64,000 bases of DNA from NCBI GenBank assembly GCA_963830915.1, contig CAWHOE010000006.1:160001-224000 (forward strand), read 5' to 3'. Under the pieces are notes generated by a model. It made no database searches. It saw only the letters and a program-made list of their open reading frames with translations, and had not been told where the DNA came from. This stretch comes from a candidate division FCPU426 bacterium. GTDB lineage: Bacteria; Oederibacteriota; Muellerivitia; Muellerivitales; Muellerivitaceae. Positions 27,530 to 36,382 of the stretch are shown in pieces. The position numbers and the translations under genes were made by a program. Every line of letters begins with the position of its first letter. Position 1 is the first letter of the stretch.

Positions 27530-28274
27530 AATAAATCAAGGCCACCCTCACGTCTCGGGTTTCCCCTTTTTTGAACTTCCACTGAACGCCCGCTTCCCAG
27601 GTCACATATAGGACATCGGAGTATTCCTGTTTCCAATCGAAGTGAAGGGTGCTGTAGCCGCGTAAAGGACCATCCAAAATGTCCGTGCTGGGCGAATAGA
27701 CCTCGCCGCCCCAGGACAGGAACAGAGGGCCACCGGAAGGCGCCATGTTTTCCCAATACCCGATCCCAACATGAAGTCTTAAGGCATCGTTCGGTTGCCA
27801 GGAAGATGTGAAGTTGAGGTTTTCCCGGCTGAAAAAGGTGGGTGTCTGGAGACCCTGTAGTGAATCCCCCAGATGGGAGCTTTCATGCTCGAATTCCAGC
27901 CGATGGGAAAAATCGCCTGACTTTTCGCTTACATACATGCCGGCGTACCAATCGCCATCCCTCATGGGGAATGTGGCTCCGTACTCATCCAGAAGAATGA
28001 ACCCCTCGCCGAATATTCCCCACGCCCACTGGAACCCATTGGAAGGAAGGTACCTAAGGAGTTCTACGGTAGCCCCAACCTCGCCCTCATAACGGTTCTG
28101 GGTGGTATAAGCGACTAAGCCGGTCTGAGGTTCCCGAAGGTCTCCGACCAGATTTTGGAATAGCGTGGAATTAGGGAGGAAAATCCATTTGTCTTCTTGG
28201 GCTAAAGCCGGGCGGAAAGAAAGGAAAAACAGGAAGAAGATAAGGAAAAATCTACTTTTGGAGGATCTTTTCAT
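27450..28274 (-). CDS. DUF1207-like exported protein, paralog 1
   Basis: Signal peptide; LVGDLREP, HESSHLGD, SEFGQF, terminal WGLGVYFDP. Confidence 0.75.
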   Translation of the reverse strand: MKRSSKSRFFLIFFLFFLSFRPALAQEDKWIFLPNSTLFQNLVGDLREPQTGLVAYTTQNRYEGEVGATVELLRYLPSNGFQWAWGIFGEGFILLDEYGATFPMRDGDWYAGMYVSEKSGDFSHRLEFEHESSHLGDSLQGLQTPTFFSRENLNFTSSWQPNDALRLHVGIGYWENMAPSGGPLFLSWGGEVYSPSTDILDGPLRGYSTLHFDWKQEYSDVLYVTWEAGVQWKFKKGETRDVRVALIYYDGNSEFGQFASTHDEHWGLGVYFDP

Positions 28275-29406
28275 AGGCGGCGATCATTTTCTTGGCCATC
28301 GCCGTAGAGGACCACATCTCAGCTTCCGGGATGGTCTCGGATTTTGTCTGGGCGTAAAGTTTCTCATCGGTCAAAAGGCGGTACACCGCCTCACCATATT
28401 CTTCCTCATCCAGACGGGTCATGATACCACCCTTACCCGACGCCATAACATCCTTAACTCCCATTTCCCCGACCGCCACTACCGGCACACCCGATGCCAT
28501 GGCTTCTGAGATGACCAATCCCTGGGTCTCGGTCACCGAAGCTAAGAGGACCAGGTCCGCCCCGGCGTAACAATCGCGCCAATCCTCTTTGGTCAAATAT
28601 CCGGCAAAATGGATGATATATTGCATCCCCAGTTTATCGACCAGCTTCACCAGATTCCTTTTAGCCGGGCCCTCACCCGCGATCAGGAATCGAAGACGGG
28701 GAATCCTTTTGGAAAGTTTGGCCACCACTCGGATGAGGAATTCGATGTTCTTCTCTTCCGCTACCCGGCCCATGAAAAGCAGGAGTTTTTCATCGGGGAG
28801 GTAGCCTTTCAAATTGCGGAATCTTTTAGTGTCCTTGTCCTCGAACTTGTTCAAATGAATACCTGTCGGGATGACCTCGATCGGCTGGGTGACATCGTAG
28901 CCCAATAACACTTCCCTCATCTCAGAGGAGGGCGTGATGAGAAGATCGCAGGAGTTGCAATAGCGGCGGCTGAGGTTCTTGACGTACCAGATGCTGAGTA
29001 TCTTGGGGATAAACCAAAGATAATGTTCCACGTATGCCTGGAAGAGTGTGTGGTAGGTATGCACCACTTTGGCGCCTGATTCCCTGGCCCACTTCACCGC
29101 TGGACCGCCCAGTGTAAAAGGGGTCTGGGTATGGACGATATCGAATTTCTGGTCCTTGAACTGTTGGATAAGCTTGGGATCCGATTCAGGACGGGCCAAT
29201 CGGTTTTCCGGGTCGAAGAAGAGGTACCAGGAGGGAAATCGTTGGATGTTCAGGGGTCCGCTATCGTCGGTGTCATTGGGATAGTAGGGGGCGTAGATAT
29301 GAACCTCGTGCCCAAGCTTGATGAATTCCTCGGCAAAGGTTTTGGTGGAGGCGGAAACCCCGTTGATACGGGGGTAATAGGTGTCGGTCACCAAGGCGAT
29401 CTTCAA
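28252..29406 (-). CDS. GT4 glycosyltransferase (diacylglycerol glucosyltransferase-like)
   Basis: TDTYYPRINGV, VHTYHT, GRVAEEKN, SVTETQGLVISEAMASG. Confidence 0.9.
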   Translation of the reverse strand: MKIALVTDTYYPRINGVSASTKTFAEEFIKLGHEVHIYAPYYPNDTDDSGPLNIQRFPSWYLFFDPENRLARPESDPKLIQQFKDQKFDIVHTQTPFTLGGPAVKWARESGAKVVHTYHTLFQAYVEHYLWFIPKILSIWYVKNLSRRYCNSCDLLITPSSEMREVLLGYDVTQPIEVIPTGIHLNKFEDKDTKRFRNLKGYLPDEKLLLFMGRVAEEKNIEFLIRVVAKLSKRIPRLRFLIAGEGPAKRNLVKLVDKLGMQYIIHFAGYLTKEDWRDCYAGADLVLLASVTETQGLVISEAMASGVPVVAVGEMGVKDVMASGKGGIMTRLDEEEYGEAVYRLLTDEKLYAQTKSETIPEAEMWSSTAMAKKMIAAYEKILQK

Positions 29407-29444
29407 TGAAAACCTTTCAGGGACAAAAATTCATCGACTTTGAC

Positions 29445-31172
29445 TCACGGAGTGCAGAGCTTCCATTCCTCAGCGGCGAACTCCTTGACCTTATCCATCA
29501 CTTGCGCCACGGGCACCTTGGCGACATCCTTTTCACGCCGCCGCTTCACTTCCACCAGGCCTTCCTTCAGTCCCCTGGCCCCGATCCTCACGGAAAGCGG
29601 GATTCCCAGGAGGTCAGCATCCTTGAACTTGAACCCCGCAGTAGCGTCCAGCCGGTCATCATAAAGAACTTCGTAACCGGCCTTCATTAAATCCTCGTAA
29701 CATTGATCGGACGCCTTGGCCACCTCAGGTTCTGCTGGGTTCAGGCAAAGCAGGTGGACCTGATAGGGCGCGATGGAAATGGGCCAACGGATGCCGTCCG
29801 CGTCGTTATGCTGTTCAATGGCCGCCCCGACCGTCCGGGTCACCCCGATACCGTAACAGCCCATGACCGTTTCCTTCTCCTGACCCTTTTCATCCAGATA
29901 GACGCAATGCATGGATTTTGAGTACTTCTGACCCAGTTTGAAGGTCTGGCCCACCTCGATGCCCCGACCAGCCTTCAGGGGCTTGCCGCATTTAGGACAG
30001 CCGTCGCCTGAGACCACGTTCCTGAAATCCCCCCATTCGGGATCGGCAAAGTCCCGACCAAACTCGACATTGATCAGATGGATGTCCTTCTCTAAACCTC
30101 CGGTTACGTACTGATGGCCGCCTTGCAGGGCCTTGTCAGCGATGACCCTGATGCCCGCCAGCCCCACTGGGCCCGCGAACCCAACCGGCGCCTTGGTCGC
30201 CTCAAAAACCTTCTCGGACGAGGCCAGGGCGAACTCGGTCGTCTGGAGATGGTTCTGTACCTTGATCTCATTGACCTCATGGTCACCCCGCACCAGGACG
30301 GCCACAGGCTTGCCGTCAGCGATGAAGATAAGGGTCTTGATGAATTGCTGGGCGGGAAGTTTCAGTAGTTTTCCCACATCCTCGACCGTATGTTTCCCCG
30401 GGGTCTGGACCTTTGAGTAGGCCGCGCCCGCGGCCGTAGCCGTGTGGGGGACCGGGATACCGATGGCCTTTTCCAAATTGGCGGCGTACTGGCAGGCCTC
30501 GCACATGGCGATGGCGGCCTCACCCGTCTCGGCCAGGACCATGAATTCGTGGGTGAAACTTCCGCCGATCAAACCCGAATCGGCTTCCACGGGTGCGAAG
30601 GAAAGGCCACAGCGTTTGAAGATTCGCTGGTAAGCCTCGTACATGGCCCAATAGGTCTTGTCACAGGCCGCGTCATCCACATCGAACGAATAGCCGTCTT
30701 TCATCAAGAATTCCCGACTGCGCATGACCCCGAACCGAGGACGGACCTCATCCCGGAATTTGGTGGCGATCTGGAACAGGTTCATGGAAAGCTGTTTATA
30801 ACTTTTCAACTCTCGACGAACCAAGTCGGTAATGACTTCCTCATGGGTGGGACCCAAAGCGTATTCCCGCTCATGACGGTCCTTGAGGCGCATCAACTCC
30901 TTGCCGTATTTCTGCCAACGTCCCGTTTCCTGCCAGAGTTCGGCGGGAGTCATGATGGGAAGCAAGACTTCCTGGGCGTCCGCCCGAGCCATTTCCTCCC
31001 GGATGATATTGGATACCTTCAGGATGGATCGAAAACCCAGGGGCAGGTATTCATAGATGCCGGAGGCCACCTTGCGCATGAGTCCCGCTCGGAGCATGAG
31101 CTTGTGGGACGGGATCTCCGCCTCGCCGGGCGTTTCTTTGACCGTCGGGATCAGGGCCTTGGATACTCGCAT
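29445..31172 (-). CDS. proS: Proline--tRNA ligase
   Basis: LGPTHEE, KFRDEVRPRFGVMRSREF, INS editing domain, GIEVGQTF, MGCYGIG. Confidence 0.98.
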   Translation of the reverse strand: MRVSKALIPTVKETPGEAEIPSHKLMLRAGLMRKVASGIYEYLPLGFRSILKVSNIIREEMARADAQEVLLPIMTPAELWQETGRWQKYGKELMRLKDRHEREYALGPTHEEVITDLVRRELKSYKQLSMNLFQIATKFRDEVRPRFGVMRSREFLMKDGYSFDVDDAACDKTYWAMYEAYQRIFKRCGLSFAPVEADSGLIGGSFTHEFMVLAETGEAAIAMCEACQYAANLEKAIGIPVPHTATAAGAAYSKVQTPGKHTVEDVGKLLKLPAQQFIKTLIFIADGKPVAVLVRGDHEVNEIKVQNHLQTTEFALASSEKVFEATKAPVGFAGPVGLAGIRVIADKALQGGHQYVTGGLEKDIHLINVEFGRDFADPEWGDFRNVVSGDGCPKCGKPLKAGRGIEVGQTFKLGQKYSKSMHCVYLDEKGQEKETVMGCYGIGVTRTVGAAIEQHNDADGIRWPISIAPYQVHLLCLNPAEPEVAKASDQCYEDLMKAGYEVLYDDRLDATAGFKFKDADLLGIPLSVRIGARGLKEGLVEVKRRREKDVAKVPVAQVMDKVKEFAAEEWKLCTP

Positions 31173-31215
31173 GGGGATCACCTTCTAAATAGATTTGTAC
31201 CGCTGGATAACGAAA

Positions 31216-31239
31216 GGGGCGGGTCTCGCGACCCGCCCC
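31216..31239. terminator. GC-rich hairpin between ispG and proS
   Basis: GGGGCGGGTC-TCGC-GACCCGCCCC with a short T run on the minus strand. Confidence 0.5.
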
Positions 31240-31275
31240 CCTTGGAAAGTAGCAATATACAGGCTAACCCCTAAA

Positions 31276-32382
31276 TCATGAAGATTTTTGAGGCGCCTTG
31301 GACATCTCCTCGCTTCGTTTCTTGATCTCCCCTATCAGGTGGGGCACCAATTCCTCTTCCTTCAGGCGGGTTTTGACCTCGCCCTTCTCAAAAATGACCC
31401 CATGACCTTTTTCCGAGCACAGGCCGATATCCGCCTCCGCGCCTTCGCCCAAGCCATTGACCACACAGCCCATGATGGCCACCCGCATGGGGGTCTTCAT
31501 GGTCAAGGTGGCGGTCTCGACCGCGTCCACCATGGATTCCAGGTCCACATGACAGCGTCCGCAGGTAGGGCAGGCCACGATCTCCACTCCCTCGTTTCGG
31601 AAGCCCATGGATCTCAGTAGATGGGTGGCGACCTTGACTTCCTCCACCGGATCAGCCGTTAAGGAAACCCGGATGGTGTCGCCGATCCCGTCGGCCAGGA
31701 CCGCCCCCATCCCAGCGGCGCTCTTGGTAATGCCCTGCATCTTGGTGCCAGCTTCGGTCACCCCGACATGGAAGGGATAATCGCATTGTTGGGCCAATAG
31801 CCGATAGGACCGGATCATGGTCGGCACATGGGAGCTTTTGACCGAGATGATCATGTTGTGATACCCCATGGACTCGATGAAACGGATATGTCTCATGGCC
31901 GATTCCACGATGGCCTCGGGTGTGGGATGGCCGTGTTTTTCCAACAGGTCCTTTTCCAGGGAGCCGGAGTTGACCCCGACCCTCATGGCCACATTATGCC
32001 TTTTGCATTTCTCAACAACCTCAGCCAGTCTATCCATCCCGCCGATATTGCCCGGGTTGATGCGGATCTTATCCGCTCCCTCGTCCACCGCGCCCAGGGC
32101 GATCTGGTAGGCGAAATGGATGTCGGCCACGAGAGGCACGGACATCTTGGCCTTGATCTGGCCCAGCGCCTTCAGGGATTTTTGGTTCTCGACGGTCACC
32201 CGAACGATCTCGCAGCCCGCGTCCTCCAGGCGCTTGATCTGATCCAGGGTTTCCTGGACTTCGTAGGTATAGGTGTTGGTCATTGACTGGATGGAGATGG
32301 GAGCCCCGCCCCCAACCTGGACCTTCCCCACCATGACGGGTCGGGTTTTTCGTCGTTCGATTTGGAAGAAGGGGTCAGACAT
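31276..32382 (-). CDS. ispG: (E)-4-hydroxy-3-methylbut-2-enyl-diphosphate synthase
   Basis: QSMTNT, PLVADIHF, RINPGNIG, GVTEAG, ACPTCGR, MGCVVNG. Confidence 0.98.
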   Translation of the reverse strand: MSDPFFQIERRKTRPVMVGKVQVGGGAPISIQSMTNTYTYEVQETLDQIKRLEDAGCEIVRVTVENQKSLKALGQIKAKMSVPLVADIHFAYQIALGAVDEGADKIRINPGNIGGMDRLAEVVEKCKRHNVAMRVGVNSGSLEKDLLEKHGHPTPEAIVESAMRHIRFIESMGYHNMIISVKSSHVPTMIRSYRLLAQQCDYPFHVGVTEAGTKMQGITKSAAGMGAVLADGIGDTIRVSLTADPVEEVKVATHLLRSMGFRNEGVEIVACPTCGRCHVDLESMVDAVETATLTMKTPMRVAIMGCVVNGLGEGAEADIGLCSEKGHGVIFEKGEVKTRLKEEELVPHLIGEIKKRSEEMSKAPQKSS

Positions 32383-32552
32383 CTTCACCTCAATAAATGT
32401 TAATTATCTGAATGACGTCTTGTGCCATTCTCCAAAAATCTTTACAAAAAATTGGTACGGACATTTCTTGCTTCAAGAAGAGCAAACGCATCTTACCTGA
32501 CACACGAAGCGGGATTCAAGCCAGGCGGGAAAAACCAACAAATTCAGGGTGA

Positions 32553-35500
32553 TTAACGGACGATGAGGACCTTCATGACTTTATGGGTCTGCTGGGATCC
32601 AGTACCCCAATAGATAACGACATAGTAGATGCCGTTGGCGGGATTCAGTCCCGCTTTTTTCCAATCCAATCCGTAAGCGTGTTGACCCAGGGTCGTGTTG
32701 AGATTTTCGTCTTTAAAGATCCGGCGGAAAGCAGTGGTATAGACCTTGACCGACACTTTGTCGAAAGGCTGGACATTCTCGTAAATGAAAGTCACAGGCT
32801 CGATCCCATCACTGGGATTTGGATAAGGAACACTTAGATTTCCCGCGGCGGCGGTCGGTGTAGAGGTAAAGATAATCAATGGTGTATCGGTGGAAGTCAT
32901 CGTGGCGGTCGGTGTGGAGGAAGGGGTCGCGGTCCAGGTGAAGGAAGGCGTGAATGTCCAGGTGGATGTTGGCGGCAGGGTCGGGGAGTTGGTCCCTGTG
33001 GAAGTATTGGTCCAAAGTGAGGTGTTCGTGGCCGTAGGACTGTTCGTTGGGGTGGAAGTGTTTAAAGGAACCGTAGGAGTATTGGTAGCGCTAGGGGTTG
33101 ACGTCGACGTATAAGTCCAGGTGGCTGTGGGTGTCTGGGAAGCTGTATTTGTGAATGTCTGGGACGGGGAATAGGTGGGCGTGTTCGTGTACCAGGTTCC
33201 TGTAGGGGTAGCGGTCAAGGTAGGCGTTAAGGAAGCCGTATCCGTGGTGGTCGAGGTCGAAGTCACGGTAGGAGAATTGGTTTCTGTAAAAGAGGGTGTG
33301 GTTGTAGGAGAAGCTGTAGGCGTCGAGGAATCGGTAGCGCTCATAGTGGGTGTGGATGTGGTTGAATTTGTCGGGGTCGAGGTAGGTGATTTGGTGGCCG
33401 TGTTGGTCCGGGTATTGGTGGCCGTAAAAGTCGAGGTTGGTGTCACACCTGATAAGGTGTAAAAAGCGATCTGATCCAATTCAACGTTGTAGTTATAGCC
33501 GTAACCCTGGGTATTAAACTCTATACCTGTTATATCCGTTCCCGTTTCGTTGGTTGGCAGGCCCGTTTGTGACCCCCATCCCTGGCGGGTCATGCTGGAA
33601 AACGGTATCTGGTAAAAAGTCCAAACACCCGAAGGAGGGGTGATCGTTAAGCCGTAATTGTCCCCATCGGTTACGGATTGACTGGCGACCATCATCCGGT
33701 AGGTATTTCCATCCCCGTAGACCCAGAATTCAAGGCCGATGATCCCAGCTCCACTCAGGTTGTAAGAAGCCCCACCCGGGCTCAGCCCACTTTCGTATCC
33801 GGAATAGGGATTGTTGGAGGCCGTTTTAGCCACGATCGTGCCCGTAATGCGAGCCGCGTAATTGGTACCGTTCGCGCCAGGCGACACGCCGTATTGAACA
33901 CTGATGGAACTGCCATTGGAGTCCACAAAAGTACTCCAAGTACCGCCCCAAAGATTGGTCCTAGCTGGCGGAGTGCCATCCCGGGTCAGGTCCTCAAAAT
34001 TATCGACTAAAGTAGCAGGCCCATAGTTGGGAGTAGCGGTGATCGTGGGTGTAAAGGTAATGGTAGGCGTAAAGGTGAATGTATTGGTCGGCTGACCTGA
34101 ATTGGTGAATTGCAGGACATTAATCGAGTATGGCTGGAAGGTCACAGGGAATGAACTGGAGACTCCGGTATAGGTGACCGTAGTAGGTGCCGTATCCGTC
34201 GACGCATGATAAGGGGTCGTTGTGGTTTCCCAAACATAATTGGCGCTGGTCAAGGTCCATCCGTTGGCGGTGGTATTGGGGGTAAATGGCAATCCAGTGA
34301 TCCATGTGACATAGGAATCGGCCGGGTGTTTATTGATGACGACCATGGAAAGGACCCCATCCGGTCGATAATCCGTATAAGCCGCGAATAAAGACGCCGG
34401 TGCGCTTGCTCCGCTGATGGTCGTTTTGATTAGTTGATGAGTATTGACGTCCCCCGTTATGGCCCAATCGCTGGTCATCATCTGCATCGCCCAGTAGGTC
34501 GCGCGAGGTTGATACTGGTAACCATCGTTGTTGACGTTCAAATAGCCTAAGTCGCCTCCGGTCACACTGGTTCCTCCGCTACCCCCATTCAATGTGTCCC
34601 AAAGGTTGCAATAACCCCGGCTTCCAAAGGCGTTGATGAAGTGGCCCAGGGCGTCCGCCACCCAAAGACCGTTACCCAATTGTACTTGGAAGTTCTCATC
34701 CCCTGGATCGACATTGAATTCGCTCATTAAGACAGGTACGGTCGTTGGGCTGGCCACTCCCGCGCTAGTCAGCCAACCGTTCAACTGGGCGGGGTACCCG
34801 TCCAGGCTGGCGGTGGAAGTCAATGCCGCCGCCGCCGTATAGTTCCCATAATTGGGATACCAATGGTAATCGATGGCATTCAGGTCGGCGATGGCGCTCT
34901 TGGATTGCAATATCCCGATGAAATCCTGAACATAACTTTTTCCGTCATACATGTTGGATGTATCCCCAAAACTACCCGCGACTGGGCCCGTGATGATGAT
35001 GGTCGGGTCCACGGCCTTCATGGCGGTGTAATACTCGATGTAGCGGCGCACATAATCCTGGGCGGGAAGAGGCCCTCCTGTTTCCCACGCTCCTTCGGTC
35101 TCGTTGCCGATCTGCCAGTACTTGATACCGTATCCCTTTACGGTATTGGCGTAATAGACCCAGCTGGCCGCCTCCTGCGCCGTCCCGGTGCCGAGGTTGA
35201 CCGTGATCATGGGGATGGCGTGCTGGCCAGGCGGACCGTTGGGATCGGTAAAAGCGTTCGCGTAGGTCATGAAGGACTCAAAATCCGTGCTTCCCGGAGG
35301 ATTGGTTGTATAGTTCTTGGAACTAGCCGGGTCAGTGCTCGAAACCTGCACTTGGGTCTGGCTGGTAGCGCTGCTCGTATTGTTCGAAACGACCGACGCC
35401 CCGTTCAAGACATAGACTTGTTCGATGGAATACGCCCCTCCCGCTCCCGCGGAACTGGCTGTCAAAAGCAGTTGAACATATTCAGCGGATACAGCGGTGA

Positions 35501-36161
35501 AATTGACGACTTGAGTCCCCCCGGTCCCGGTCACTGTTCCGGCGGACGTGGTGATCCATTTATTGGAGGAGTTGTCGCTCAAGGGCGGAGGCCAGCCTGT
35601 GGTGGGCCAATATTGGACTTGGAATGTTGTTGCATAAGGCGTGCCCCATATAATGGAAACCGAGGAAAACGCCGTTCCCGCGCCCAGGTCCAGGATCACC
35701 CATTGATGGTTTGGCAAATCCGTATCCACATTAGATAGCCAGGTGGTGGTTGTGCTCCCATCGGTGATGTGGGATGCCGTACCATAACTTGAGGATGTGC
35801 CTCGATAAGTCTCGTTATCCGCGAATCCGGCCGTATAGGTGGTCCCGCTGGGGACCCAGTAATTGTTGGCGTCAAAACTTCCCGTACCATTCCAATGGAA
35901 ATCGTCTGAAGAAGATCCCCCTGGGAAACGGATGAAATAATTCCCCGCCGCTTGGACCTTGGATTGGACTGCCTGGTTGGCTGTATTGCTGATCCAATAG
36001 GCGGCATTGTTACCGAAGAGGCTGACCGGAATGAAGGAATTCACGGTGACACCAGCGTTAACTGTAATGGTGGCTGGCAGGGTTTGTGCATTCGCCAGTC
36101 CCGAAGCCATCAAACCGAGAAGGACAATCCCCAGCAGGTTCAATATTTTTTTATGACTCAT
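32553..36161 (-). CDS. Secreted modular clan GH-A glycoside hydrolase: inserted F5/8C (CBM32-like) domain, CBM11/CIA30-like domain, Thr/Pro linker, C-terminal sorting-like domain
   Basis: Signal peptide; IRFPGGS; ITDGSTTTTWLS...WVILDLG; YWQIGNE (acid/base); LMSEFN (nucleophile); TPT repeats; PYPNP...ANGIYY...KVLIVR. Confidence 0.8.
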   Translation of the reverse strand: MSHKKILNLLGIVLLGLMASGLANAQTLPATITVNAGVTVNSFIPVSLFGNNAAYWISNTANQAVQSKVQAAGNYFIRFPGGSSSDDFHWNGTGSFDANNYWVPSGTTYTAGFADNETYRGTSSSYGTASHITDGSTTTTWLSNVDTDLPNHQWVILDLGAGTAFSSVSIIWGTPYATTFQVQYWPTTGWPPPLSDNSSNKWITTSAGTVTGTGGTQVVNFTAVSAEYVQLLLTASSAGAGGAYSIEQVYVLNGASVVSNNTSSATSQTQVQVSSTDPASSKNYTTNPPGSTDFESFMTYANAFTDPNGPPGQHAIPMITVNLGTGTAQEAASWVYYANTVKGYGIKYWQIGNETEGAWETGGPLPAQDYVRRYIEYYTAMKAVDPTIIITGPVAGSFGDTSNMYDGKSYVQDFIGILQSKSAIADLNAIDYHWYPNYGNYTAAAALTSTASLDGYPAQLNGWLTSAGVASPTTVPVLMSEFNVDPGDENFQVQLGNGLWVADALGHFINAFGSRGYCNLWDTLNGGSGGTSVTGGDLGYLNVNNDGYQYQPRATYWAMQMMTSDWAITGDVNTHQLIKTTISGASAPASLFAAYTDYRPDGVLSMVVINKHPADSYVTWITGLPFTPNTTANGWTLTSANYVWETTTTPYHASTDTAPTTVTYTGVSSSFPVTFQPYSINVLQFTNSGQPTNTFTFTPTITFTPTITATPNYGPATLVDNFEDLTRDGTPPARTNLWGGTWSTFVDSNGSSISVQYGVSPGANGTNYAARITGTIVAKTASNNPYSGYESGLSPGGASYNLSGAGIIGLEFWVYGDGNTYRMMVASQSVTDGDNYGLTITPPSGVWTFYQIPFSSMTRQGWGSQTGLPTNETGTDITGIEFNTQGYGYNYNVELDQIAFYTLSGVTPTSTFTATNTRTNTATKSPTSTPTNSTTSTPTMSATDSSTPTASPTTTPSFTETNSPTVTSTSTTTDTASLTPTLTATPTGTWYTNTPTYSPSQTFTNTASQTPTATWTYTSTSTPSATNTPTVPLNTSTPTNSPTATNTSLWTNTSTGTNSPTLPPTSTWTFTPSFTWTATPSSTPTATMTSTDTPLIIFTSTPTAAAGNLSVPYPNPSDGIEPVTFIYENVQPFDKVSVKVYTTAFRRIFKDENLNTTLGQHAYGLDWKKAGLNPANGIYYVVIYWGTGSQQTHKVMKVLIVR

Positions 36162-36184
36162 GGTTTTTAAGACCAGTCCCCTTT

Positions 36185-36216
36185 AAAAAAAGAAAAGCCG
36201 AAGATGATTCGGCTTT
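36185..36216 (-). terminator. Terminator-like hairpin just upstream of the GH-A gene
   Basis: Minus strand AAAGCCGAA-TCATC-TTCGGCTTT followed by TCTTTTTTT. Confidence 0.6.
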
Positions 36217-36382
36217 CAAAAGCGGTTGAATTGAATTATATCGCTAATTAGACGATGAAACCCTTTGGGAGTGTCAAAATATTTTTCTTTTTCTGCTCTT
36301 CGTTACGGACCGATCTTCGCCTGGTTTTTAGGTGATTATGACTTTAATTAAAGGAATAATCAGCGGGACAATCTCAAAAACA

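Noticed and set aside
32850..33460. Repetitive GT-rich DNA as a possible tandem repeat or CRISPR array
   Set aside because: It is the Thr/Pro/Ser linker coding region; no fixed-length repeat-spacer pattern and no cas genes in the window
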